From: Paraphysomonas bandaiensis
Taxonomy: Eukaryota > Protista > Chrysophyceae
Assembly (NCBI GenBank): GCA_965644295.1
Contig: CBFFRP010000232.1
Coordinates: 45,035-109,034 of the forward strand
DNA length: 64,000 nt
Direction of reading: 5' to 3'
Positions 53,435-64,000 of this stretch are shown here, in pieces; the first letter of the stretch is position 1; every line of letters starts with the position of its first letter. The position numbers and the translations under genes are program-made. Under the pieces are notes generated by a model. That model worked only from the letters and a program-made list of their open reading frames with translations. It had not been told where the DNA came from and did not search any database.

Positions 53435-53764
53435 ACATACATACATACATACATACATACATACATACATACATACATACATACATACATACATACATAC
53501 ATACATACATACATACATACATACATACATACATACATACATACATACATACATACATACATACATACATACATACATACATACATACATACATACATAC
53601 ATACATACATACATACATACATACATACATACATACATACATACATACATACATACATACATACATACATACATACATACATACATACATACATACATAC
53701 ATACATACATACATACATACATACATACATACATACATACATACATACATACATACATACATAC
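53435..53764. repeat. Perfect (ATAC)n microsatellite, about 330 bp
   Basis: About 82 uninterrupted units between the Rab and CWC22 starts. Confidence 0.98.
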
Positions 53765-53881
53765 TACAGCAGGGTATATAAGTATTAAGCTCCAGTGCTT
53801 TGTAGTGTGCTGTCTCCACTCCTTTGCCTCATATATATATGAATCCCTCCTAGTTTACTATATAATTATAAATATATTACA

Positions 53882-56512
53882 ATGCCACGCTCTCGTTCAC
53901 ACAGCACGGCATCAACAAGAAGTGGTGGGAGTTCATCTACTGCCTCATATTCCGGGGATTCATCTGATGAGAGAGAGCCCGAGAGGGATATTAATACACG
54001 TACTCATGAAGATGATAGACATAATACGCATGATACTGATAATAATGGCAATAGAGATCAAATTAAAAATGATCCACCAGCTCGACCAAAGGCATCATTA
54101 TCAGAGAATCCATTGGGACGTACGGGGGGGGTCTATATACCGCCCTTTAAACTGGCTATGATGCGTAAGGCTATGGGGGAACAAGATCGTACAAGTAAAG
54201 AATATCAAAAAGAAACATGGGAGGCACTCAGAAAGAGCATAAATGGATTAATAAATAAAGTGAACGTTGCAAATATAAAGCATATTGTTCCGGAGTTATT
54301 TGAAGAAAACCTGGTGCGCGGACGAGGGTTATTTGCACGTGCAATAATGAAGGCCCAGCTAGCTTCTCCCGGGTTTACCCACATTTACTCTGCTCTTGTT
54401 GCAGTAATCAACACTAAATTACCTGAAAATGGCGAGCTTATTTTGAAACGAGTAATTCATAGCTTCAAGAGGGCATACAAGCGGCGAGATAAGATCGTCG
54501 CCACAGCGCTTGCAAAGTTTATCGCTCATCTTGTTAACCATCAAGTAGCTCATGAGCTCCTGGCCCTTCAGCTGTTGACAGTTCTTTTGGAGGATCCTAC
54601 CGACGATAGTGTAGAAATTGCAGTAAATTTTGTCAAGGAAGTAGGCCAACTCTTGGAGGAACTGAGTCCCCAAGGTCTGCATGCGATATTTGAGAGATTC
54701 AGAGGAATTCTCCATGAAGGGGATATTGACAAACGGGTTCAGTATACGATTGAAGGTTTATTCGCCATTCGCAAGAGTGGATTTCAGGACTATCCGGCGA
54801 TACCTAAAGAGCTCGATCTTGTTGAGCGGGAAGACCAGATCACTTTCGATCTAAGCCTCGATGATGAAATTGACAAGGAGGAAATGCTTGATGTCTTCCG
54901 CTTCGACCCGTCCTTTGAAGAGAACGAGAAGTTGTGGGAAGCGATCAAGAAAGACATCCTTGGAGGCAGTGATGATGAAAGTGAAGACGAAAGTGGCGAC
55001 GAGAGTGAAGAGGAGGACGAGGAAGCGGCACCCACTGACCCCGGTGTACAGACAATCACTGATCTGACTGAGCAAGACCTCATTAACCTCCGTCGTACAC
55101 TATATCTCACCATAATGAGTTCCGTGTCATTTGAGGAGTGTGCGCACAAGATAATGAAACTCAATATCCCGGAGGGGCATGAAATGGAGTTATGCAATAT
55201 GCTGGTAGAGTGTTGCTCAAATGAACGGTCATACCTCAAGTACTACGGCCTCTTAGGACAACGTTTCTGTATGATTCATCGCAAGTTTCAAGACGCATTT
55301 GATCAGTGTTTTTTGACGCAATACAATACAATACATCGTCTTGAAACTAACAAACTGCGTAATGTGGCGAAATTTTTTGCTCATATTCTTGCAACTGATG
55401 CCCTTCCCTGGACGTGTCTGGAATATATCCGTCTGAATGAGGAAGAAACAACATCGTCGTCGAGAATATTCATCAAAATACTGACGCAGGAATTATCGGA
55501 GACGCTTGGAGTAGCTACTCTGCGAGAGAGGTTCAGCGACCCGTATATGCAGGATGTATTTGGTGGTCTCTTCCCCCGCGACAACCCGCGTAACACCCGA
55601 TTTGCCATCAACTTTTTTACCTCGATTGGTTTGGGAGGACTCACAGATGGTCTGAGACAGCATCTCAAGGATGCGCCCAAGATACTGGCACAACAGATGC
55701 AGGCACTTGCTAAGCAACGGGCCAATGAATCCTCCTCTTCGAGTAGCTCTAGTGATAGCAGCAGCGGATCTTCATCTGATAGTGACTCGGATTCGTCCTC
55801 TTCATCCTCGTCGTCTTCATCCTCGTCTTCGTCCTCATCCTCGTCATCCTCGTCATCCTCTTCATCTTCATCGTCATCTTCCTCGTCGTATGGAAGCAGT
55901 AGAAGCAGTAGCAGTAGCAGCTCGGAGTCACGATCGTCATCATCCTCTTCTGCTTCATCCGGTCGCTACTCTAGAAGGCGCAGAGTTGAGAGGGGCCGGA
56001 CGCGCTCTGGTTCACCGGACCGACGAGATGAACGATACAGTGGAGGGAGAGATAGGCGCAGAAGATCATCAGAGAGAGGTGAAAGAAGGAGCATGGGGAG
56101 GGCCAGAGAAAGCTACAAGAGCCGTCGAAGCGAAAGCAGAGAGAGAGAAACTCGGAGATTCAGAGATAGATCCCACAGGCGAAGGTCCAGAGACAAATCT
56201 CAAACTCGTAGGTCTCGAGAAGTGGAGGGTAGAAGCAGATCTAGGTCCCACAGAAGGAACAGAGAAGAGAGAGATCACTCGAAGTCGAGGGATAGAAGTG
56301 GACGGAGAGGAAGCCGTAGGGAATCAGATAAATCAGAGGAGGCCTTCAGGCGGAGAAGGGCAAACAGCCGTAGTGGGAGCAGGGATGACGAGGGTAGACA
56401 ACGATACTACGATGACAGATTTGAAAGGAATGGTCGCGATAAACGTGGGAGATCACCGGGGGAAGACGACAGAGGACGTAATGAGCGATCGACAAGGCAC
56501 AGGACGCATTAG
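53882..56512 (+). CDS. CWC22: Pre-mRNA splicing factor CWC22
   Basis: GRTGGVYIPPFKL, WEALRKSINGLINKVN (MIF4G), LRRTLYLTIMSSVSFEECAHK (MA3), NPRNTRFAINFFTSIGLGGLT, then poly-Ser and an RS-rich tail. Confidence 0.97.
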   Translation: MPRSRSHSTASTRSGGSSSTASYSGDSSDEREPERDINTRTHEDDRHNTHDTDNNGNRDQIKNDPPARPKASLSENPLGRTGGVYIPPFKLAMMRKAMGEQDRTSKEYQKETWEALRKSINGLINKVNVANIKHIVPELFEENLVRGRGLFARAIMKAQLASPGFTHIYSALVAVINTKLPENGELILKRVIHSFKRAYKRRDKIVATALAKFIAHLVNHQVAHELLALQLLTVLLEDPTDDSVEIAVNFVKEVGQLLEELSPQGLHAIFERFRGILHEGDIDKRVQYTIEGLFAIRKSGFQDYPAIPKELDLVEREDQITFDLSLDDEIDKEEMLDVFRFDPSFEENEKLWEAIKKDILGGSDDESEDESGDESEEEDEEAAPTDPGVQTITDLTEQDLINLRRTLYLTIMSSVSFEECAHKIMKLNIPEGHEMELCNMLVECCSNERSYLKYYGLLGQRFCMIHRKFQDAFDQCFLTQYNTIHRLETNKLRNVAKFFAHILATDALPWTCLEYIRLNEEETTSSSRIFIKILTQELSETLGVATLRERFSDPYMQDVFGGLFPRDNPRNTRFAINFFTSIGLGGLTDGLRQHLKDAPKILAQQMQALAKQRANESSSSSSSSDSSSGSSSDSDSDSSSSSSSSSSSSSSSSSSSSSSSSSSSSSSSSYGSSRSSSSSSSESRSSSSSSASSGRYSRRRRVERGRTRSGSPDRRDERYSGGRDRRRRSSERGERRSMGRARESYKSRRSESRERETRRFRDRSHRRRSRDKSQTRRSREVEGRSRSRSHRRNREERDHSKSRDRSGRRGSRRESDKSEEAFRRRRANSRSGSRDDEGRQRYYDDRFERNGRDKRGRSPGEDDRGRNERSTRHRTH

Positions 56513-57861
56513 ATGTGATAGTAGGTGTGGTAATATGCCGATCTGAATGTTCACTACTCAACTATGGCGGCCAAATCCAGTAGTAGTATTGTAGCTTGCA
56601 GTTCTTCATTGTGATTCTACTTAATCAATCGAAACATAAGTGATAGAATATTTTGTAGTTCTGCAACTCAATGTTAACAATATTCTTATAATTATCTGGA
56701 GTTACGCAGCGATAACGGAATAGTTATCACAGCGCATTTCGTAAACACACTTTATAATTTTGTTGAGTAGACGTAGAATTATTCTCTAGGGAAACGATGC
56801 AAGCATCGCTTTCATGATCAAAGCAAGCATTAAAATTTAAAATGCGTGTTATCTCTTCTCCCGCGTTCACTAAACATCACATGTGTACATATTAAAAAGT
56901 AGCCGTCAATGCACAATAACTCTAGTATATTATTCACTAATTGTTGATCACCAAACAGCTACATTCCACACCTTTGAAGCTATAATAGCAATTATTCAAT
57001 GTATAAGTTCATTTTTCCATGTTTCAATTACATAATATATCATATATCCGCCTTTCGAGGCAATACACACGAGAAGTAGCACTGGCACCGCTATTTGTCG
57101 TTAAAAGATAGCAAGGGGCTAGTAAATGATCACGTTGACTCATAGTTGAGTCTAGTATCATTATCTACAAGATCCTGATGATTCTCTATGCACATGGACG
57201 TGAACTTCATTTTACTTATATTAGGATGTTAGGATGCATTGTGGTATAGTGAAACTAAAACACGTAAAAAACGAAGGGAGGGAGAGGCAAGCTCTTTTAA
57301 CCCCAACCCCAATTTCAATTGGGGCTATCTCTTCGAGAGTTTCCAATTACAACCCGTAAACGGGTTGTAATTATCTCTCCTTGCTAATTTAACTTTATAA
57401 CTTATTATTAATAACTTAATTACTTTATATATTATTTATAATGTTATAATAAAAAGTAATATAGATAACAAAGTAGATTTAATAAGTAGATTTAATAGTA
57501 GAAGTCGGGGGAGGGAAAAATTAAAATGAAAAATAATTTAAATTTGTAAAGGTTGTAAAACTCCGGGAATCTACCATAGAAGCTACTAAATAATATAATG
57601 TATAATGGCGATGCTTTAAGCTCTGGAATGTGTTGTAGTGATATAATGGCGAATATGCTTTAAGCTCTGGAATGTGTTGAATTGATAATTATTATTATTT
57701 ATTGACACGTCATGTTAAGAATAGTCTCAATGACAGTCATGACCAAGGTGTAATCCACATATATATATAAATGATTCATACAAGCTGGTGAAATGTTCTC
57801 AAAAATGGCAAGTGAAACACAAGTGTTGCAATTCATTACTTGCATCGTGGTCAATAATAAC

Positions 57862-59097
57862 TTACCGACAGATTTTTTTCTCAAGAGAGTTGATCGCCGA
57901 TTTTAACTTTTCGTCGAGAGAAGGTTTGTTTAAGAAAAACAACCTATTATTCCCTCCTGCATCATGCTCATCATTCATACATACAAACCAAGCAATTTCT
58001 CGAACTTTTACATCTTCATCTTTAATATTCTTGAATATAGGGGACGGATTTAAAACGTAGATGTTAAAGCTGAACTTTTTAAAAATCGCTGCTCTTTCGC
58101 AAGTCATTAATGATTGCAATGGAAGCAACATTGCAAATGGTTTTTTAGATAGACATGCTTTTTCCAGGAAATCCGTTTTTCTGGAATATGGAGGGTTTGT
58201 CACGTGGAAGTCGTATTCATCGAATTCTGAATGCAAATAATCTTCGTTCTCGTAACCTTCTGCATATAAATCTTTTTCTACAATGTGAAGGTTATTATCT
58301 AAATAATTATCTTCACACAATACAGTTTTAAATACAGAGCCCAGCAGCACATGGATCATATAATGTATTGAAATCATCAATATTGATCACTGTCAGTAAA
58401 ATGCGATAAACCCATTTTGGTGCTTTAAAATAATCCACTCTTGTAGTGCTGCGGGGCTTTCCGGACATAACACTTCTTGTGCTGGTGCTGATACTTGATG
58501 CCACCTTCGATATCGCACTTCTGGCAGTGTCCGCTGATGTTGGACAACTGTTAATTGACATGGCACTGATGCTTTTTGACATAAATGGAGTTGATGACGC
58601 GCCACTGGAGTCAGTGATTGATGACTCACCACTAGAGTCAGAAATTGATGTTATGCCACAAGATTTTGTAGTTGATGAGACACCATCATGTCCAGCAATA
58701 GTTATAGTGTCGTCGTCGTCCTCGTTCTCAACATCGTCATCATCATAAACCATGTACTTATCAGATGATTGAGAAAGTTCCACATAGTAATTTGGAAGAC
58801 CATTTAACCATTCTTGTTCTTCACGCAATATTTCTTCATTGTATAAATCCACTTCATCAGTGCTGAAGTTTCGCTCTGCCATATCGGCCTTAATACAGAT
58901 ATTTGTATACATTTCACGATCGGCCTGAATATGTTCATTTAGACCATACTTCTGCATGTCACCGATGACATAAATGCTGTCATCATCTTCACATAGAAAT
59001 GCACGAAAGGGGTGCAATCTTTGAAGAGGAATTAAGTCGATGTGATGAACAAACCTGGAGAAGCGCTTTAAACCTGGTGAAATTTTGAAAATGTCGA
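57862..59097 (-). pseudogene. Phage/virus-type N6-adenine (or N4-cytosine) DNA methyltransferase, frameshifted
   Basis: DYFKAPKWV, YDPCAAG (SAM-binding motif I), then a one-base frameshift near 58340 into GSVFK..EKDL..EDYL..FHVTNPPYSRKTDFLEKA..KPFAMLLP..R..IF..IAWF. Acidic/Ser-rich N-terminal extension; no introns. Confidence 0.8.
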
Positions 59098-59548
59098 TTT
59101 ATGTTGAGTTTTTGATGATTTTTGCAATAAATACTGCAGCAGGTGTGAAGAGAACATGTTTTTAAAGACATTTATAAGTTTTATATTACAGTAGTTACAG
59201 GCCAAAAATGTGAGAAAGTAACGGTTACACTATACATGATATATGCGTACTATAGTGCTATGCATCTATGTACAGCAAAGTTCTGTTGGCTAATTAAAAA
59301 TAATTACAAGCGATACTCAATATAACTCCTCGCACATTCGCTAGTAATAATAGATGCAGAATCAACTGCATCTAGATCTACCCACCACTCCTTTTAGTAC
59401 TCCGAGGTAGAAACCCACTGTCACTATTACTGGAAGGGATATTATGAGGCTTACCCTAGTGGGCTACGTTCAATATTAGGTACATTACACAAAAACAATC
59501 ATAATCTTGCGATCTGAAATGTCTGATGGCACTGCAGTGGATGATATT

Positions 59549-60219
59549 TGATTCTTTGTGTTTTTTGGTTTTGGAACGTGATGTAGATGAAGACTGAGCA
59601 GCTACATTGGTGATGTCACTAATTGTCGAATCGTCGGGATCACCGTTTTGTGAAATCCAATCATGAATCTGAATTTGACGGTCAAGATTACTCATCGTAC
59701 CAATACGATCCTCAAAGTCTTTTATTTTTTTTGATGGATACATGGCTTCGCGGATTCTCATGGTGTAAATTTTAACTTTTCTAACCACTGCATCATGTCT
59801 GGCACGAAGAGTTGCTTCTTCTGGACTCTCAATCATGTTTCTTTTTTATCTCGGGAGTTGTGCTGCAAGAGCAACCTTTTCTTCATTACTTAGACCAAAT
59901 GAACCTCATATTCATGCGGCAAAAAAGAAACATGATTGAGAGTCCAGAAGAAGCAACTCTTCGTGCCAGACATGATGCAGTGGTTAGAAAAGTTAAAATT
60001 TACACCATGAGAATCCGCGAAGCCATGTATCCATCAAAAAAAATAAAAGACTTTGAGGATCGTATTGGTACGATGAGTAATCTTGACCGTCAAATTCAGA
60101 TTCATGATTGGATTTCACAAAACGGTGATCCCGACGATTCGACAATTAGTGACATCACCAATGAAGCTGCTCAGTCTTCATCTTCATCACGTTCCAAAAC
60201 TAAAAAACACAAAGAATCA
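59549..60219. repeat. Large palindrome: 299-bp arms (59549-59847, 59921-60219), 73-bp spacer
   Basis: The same peptide MIESPEEATLRARHD...KKHKES is encoded on both strands; about 3 mismatches visible. Confidence 0.95.
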
Positions 60220-60271
60220 TCGATGGATACAGAAGGAATTGCTTACCTAATGAACAAATATTCCAAATTCT

Positions 60272-60389
60272 TGCACATGGACGTGAACTTCATATTACTA
60301 ATATTAAGATGCATTGTGAAATCCAATCATGAATCACTACATCACAATGCATCTTAATATTAGTAATATGAAGTTCACGTCCATGTGCA
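60272..60389. repeat. Hairpin with about 48-bp perfect arms
   Basis: tgcacatggacgtgaacttcatattactaatattaagatgcattgtga followed, after about 22 nt, by its reverse complement. Confidence 0.92.
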
Positions 60390-60589
60390 TTGTTAACTAT
60401 GCATTGCGTGAAATTAGCACGACAGAATGCATGAGCAATGTGCACACATAATATTCTATTAACGAGTAAGTGGGTAAAGAATGACATAGCATAAGTTCCA
60501 AATATTCTGATTTGTTAATTACCATCTATCGCAAAAAAAGCCAATTCAATACAGTTCCCCTTCCTAGCGTGCATTATTCCATTCTCAAA

Positions 60590-62275
60590 TTAATTGGTAC
60601 TTTCTTTCTTATCTCCCTGAGTATTCCGATCTGCACCTTCTCCTGTTGGTGAGGAAGGAGGAAAGGTGGCTACAAATTCGCTGTCTTCGTTAGCAGGTGC
60701 CTCTGGAGATGATGCTACGACTGAAGGAGGCGCTGCTTCTTGTGCTGTGGTGTTGCTCAAAGCCTGTTGGTCTGCAGCAGGTGAATTAGCTGCAGCTGTG
60801 CTTGGAGAAGACGAAGAGTGTAGAGGTGCCACTACCTCTCCTTCTGCGGAAAGGGTTGGGCTTTCCCCACTCTCGATATCTGGAGCGGGGGGAAGATCAC
60901 TCATACCTCCTGGAGGAGCGCCGTCACCCGGATTCATCGGAGTCACTGAGCTCGTGCTCTCATCTACCTCGCTCCAGTATTGTTCGAGCTGCTCACGCCT
61001 AGACCGGCGGGAAGGTGGACGAGCACGGCCATATCTTGGGTTGTTATATCCTCTTGTGATACAATAGGCAGTGGACAGGGCGAGCCATATAATCACGAGC
61101 ACCATGGCGACAAGAGTCATTATATTAGCGGCACGTGAGCCGACATCAAATCCAAATATTTCTTTATCGCTGAGAATAATTTCGATTTGCGTTGGAGATG
61201 GTGAGGGGCGGCGTGTGGGGCGAATAGTTGGTGCTAAGAAAAAAAGTGTTATTCATGTTAGAGAAGCAGAGCATGATAACGATATAGGCAATACAAACAA
61301 CCTATTCATATATGCGTTCACAGACCACTTACATTTAGATTTCCACATCCTGGTTGGTCTAACAGTGGGGTAATATGTAGGGGCAGCCGTCGGAAGCTCC
61401 GTCGGGTAATTTGTAGGGCGAAGTGTGGGTCGGCGAGTAGGATACTGTGTGGGCGCGGGAGTTGGCCGGAAAGTCGGAGGGGCGGTTGGTAAATCAGTTG
61501 GTACACCCTCCTGGTGAGTTGGTGGGGCACTCTCAAAGAAAGTAGGAGAGAGTGAGGGGAAACCCGTGTCAGAGGATGCTGATGGAGCATCAGTCTCTTC
61601 AAAATTGTAATAATCGTCCTCCTCCACCACTGCAGTAGGAGAAGAAGATGATGATACAGTAGATGTAGCAGTAGGCGCACTTGTACTCCCTGACTCATCC
61701 TCAGTGGCGGACACTGTAGAAGATAATGTGCTTGAAATACTAGGTGCAAGTGTTGGGCTCGATGTTGAGATATCTACATCATCAGCATCAGTAGCAGCAG
61801 CAGTTGGGGCTGATGAAACCACTTCAGCATCGGTAGCAGCTGCAGTTGGGGCTGATGAAACCACTTCAGCATCCGTAGCAGCAGCAGTTGGAGCTGATGA
61901 AACCACTTCAGCATCCGTAGCAGAAGCAGTTGGGGCTGATGAAACCACTTCAGCATCCGTAGCAGCAGCAGTTGGAGCTGATGAAACCACTTCAGCATCC
62001 GTAGCAGCAGCAGTTGGAGCTGATGAAACCACTTCAGCATCCGTAGCAGAAGCAGTTGGAACTGGTGAAACCACTTCAGCATCAGTAGCAGCAGCGCTTG
62101 GAGATAAAGATACTGCTACCATATCATCATCAACAGGTTGAATAGTAACACCGTCGTCATCTTCATAGATGTAATATGGTTCATCTAGACTATATGCAAC
62201 TGACGAGTCCACATATCGATTGCACTTGGCAACAGATGCAAATGCAATAAAGAGAATAACTAAAGAAAAATGCAT
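60590..62275 (-). CDS. Mucin-like Ser/Thr/Pro-rich type I membrane protein, 2 exons
   Basis: Signal peptide; 14-aa repeats SAPTAAATDAEVVS; PT-rich stalk; intron 61332-61234 joins in frame to the TM segment (IMTLVAMVLVIIWLALSTAYCI) and a cytoplasmic tail. Confidence 0.85.
61782..62097. repeat. 42-bp coding tandem repeat, about 7.5 units
   Basis: tgatgaaaccacttcagcatccgtagcagcagcagttggagc repeated. Confidence 0.93.
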
Positions 62276-62766
62276 AACAATATTAATGTTGTGAGGCTAT
62301 ATCATGGTATAAATTCTGCACTCAACTAGTCACTGGATGCAATCGAGATGATCCCACAGGCTTATCTCGATGCAGCAGGCTCCTCTATATACAGCATACA
62401 GCAGTATCTGCTTCACTGCTATGCATAGTAGAGTAAAAAAAATGGAACATCATGAAAATTTCATTTTTTTTTTTGGTATCTGTATATGTGGACAGGTATA
62501 CTATACGGACTGTTCCCCGTATACGGTATACACGGACTGGTATTGTATATGATAAATCAGCAGTGTGTACTTCGACATGGGTGGTGTGGAAGTACACCAC
62601 CCACTGTGTATATGTATATACATACATGGAGTTGGATGCATATATATATACATGTATGTATGGTATGTCCTAGAGGCTCTTATAGACTATTGCGTAACAA
62701 TCAAGTCACCCAGTACACTCACAACTCCTACATATAGAACCCCCTTACATCCACTATATAACAATC

Positions 62767-63124
62767 ATGTTTATCACTCGATCACTACATAAACACTGTA
62801 CAAAATCAATGTACATGAACTCTTTACGTGTCTTCAGTACTGACATTAAAATGAAAGAACTTTTGGAAAAAACACTTGATGCAAAAAATGTTAAAGTTGA
62901 AGATATATCGGGTGGATGTGGATCCATGTTTAATATATACGTGGAGAGCCCTATGTTTGCGGTATGTATGTATGTATATGATGATTCGTATTGTTAACTG
63001 TAGTATATATATATATATACAGGGTAAGACTATGGTAGCTCAGCATAAGATGGTCACCAATATTTTGAAAGCTGAAATTGCAGAAATGCATGGATTAACA
63101 TTAAAAACTAAAGTTTGTGAATAG
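62767..63124 (+). CDS. BOLA3: Mitochondrial BolA-family protein, BOLA3-like, 2 exons
   Basis: Presequence-like N-terminus, VEDISGGCGSMF, intron 62962-63022, QHKMV..MHGLTL. Confidence 0.88.
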
Positions 63125-64000
63125 ATTAGCTGAATTAGAGTGTTTCATAATAAATCCCAATGGCTATTGATTTGACATTAATTCCGAAATCACTACCGCT
63201 CTTAACAAAACTACGCATATGGTGATTGTATGTACCATACCGTGCCAGTCGTGATATGTTCAGAATCGTCAATACGATGTCAAACAATTCTCCGAGAATT
63301 TACTTGAGATAAATTATGTGGGGCAACGGCAGCAGGTTCACCCCTTCATCGTTAGTTACAAGTTACAACATGTTAGTATGTGTGTATTTAAATATAGATG
63401 TAGAAACTAATAGTGAACGGCCAGAAGCAAGCAAATACTTATTAAAGCTTTCTATAAATAGTGTATATCAGGGATATGTTGTTGATGATAATGGATACAT
63501 ATTAACCTGGAGACACTGCATTCAAATTTTTAACCCAAGACGTAAACTATTTTCGTGCTGACAAATAAAAAACTACTAGCTTAAGGTACCTTCTATTTTA
63601 AGCTGCTAAACCAGATAAAGTAGTCAAATCAGATGCCTTGTTTTAATCTGCTACTAGTAGCATATATAAACAATAAACAAGATTTATAGCTAGTCTTAGT
63701 GTTCAATGAAAGATATACTTCGTACTACTTAGAAGGTAAAGGTTGACTATAATAAACTTTACATGAGAAATAAAGCCTAATAGTATAAAACACGACACGG
63801 CTGAATAAAGCATTAGAAACAATCATATATTAGCATATCTTGTACAGTCGCGTATCTTATATAGTCAATACACCCCCTCAATGTAATAATCATATGAGGT
63901 ACATGAATATACGAGTATAGGTGCATATATGTAAAGAAATTTTTACTGAGGGTAAAACCCACAAGTGCAACCATGGATTGTGCGCGAAACTGATCTCAAC

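Larger units (their letters stand above)
57188..60390. mobile_element. Putative inverted-repeat-bounded element carrying an adenine methyltransferase
   Basis: atgcacatggacgtgaacttcat...gatgcattgtg at 57188-57243 is inverse to 60343-60390. The interior holds the MTase ORFs, hairpins and a large palindrome. No clear TSD. Confidence 0.55.

Noticed and set aside
53314-53819. ORFs of IHTY/MYVC repeats
   Set aside because: Translation artifacts of the (ATAC)n microsatellite.
55671-56546. 291-aa overlapping ORF within CWC22
   Set aside because: Alternative frame of the low-complexity Ser/Arg-rich tail, where stops are scarce by composition.
61704-62141. Antisense repetitive ORFs
   Set aside because: Shadows of the 42-bp coding repeat of the mucin-like gene.

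Overview
This is eukaryotic, gene-dense genomic DNA. Short (about 45-100 nt) GT-AG introns, ciliary/centrosomal genes and ATAC-rich promoters suggest a flagellated protist, most likely a stramenopile (inference). Recognisable genes: a MATE transporter, an AKR7-like aldo-keto reductase, ASPM, an HXXXD acyltransferase, GNL3/Nug1, two copies of a 7-exon dynactin p22 (DCTN3)-like gene that the ORF track shows only as fragments, two head-to-head triosephosphate isomerases, PPP1R42, a TLC-domain protein, a PX-ankyrin-PDZ protein, a DM10/EFHC-like protein, a Rab5/22-group GTPase, CWC22, a mucin-like membrane protein and BOLA3. Most sit in divergent pairs, with mobile-element debris in the gaps. Main candidates for novelty: (1) a secreted pectinacetylesterase/Notum-like esterase fused in one reading frame to a Tweety-family membrane protein (42379-45232); (2) a 3.2-kb inverted-repeat-bounded element with a phage-type NPPY adenine methyltransferase and a 299-bp-arm palindrome (57188-60390); (3) a 3.7-kb element with about 687-bp terminal inverted repeats and a nested 151-bp MITE (25122-28836); (4) a LINE-like insertion with a 128-bp flanking duplication and a conserved, possibly pseudoknotted 3' motif. 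All homology calls come from motif recognition by eye; no searches were run.
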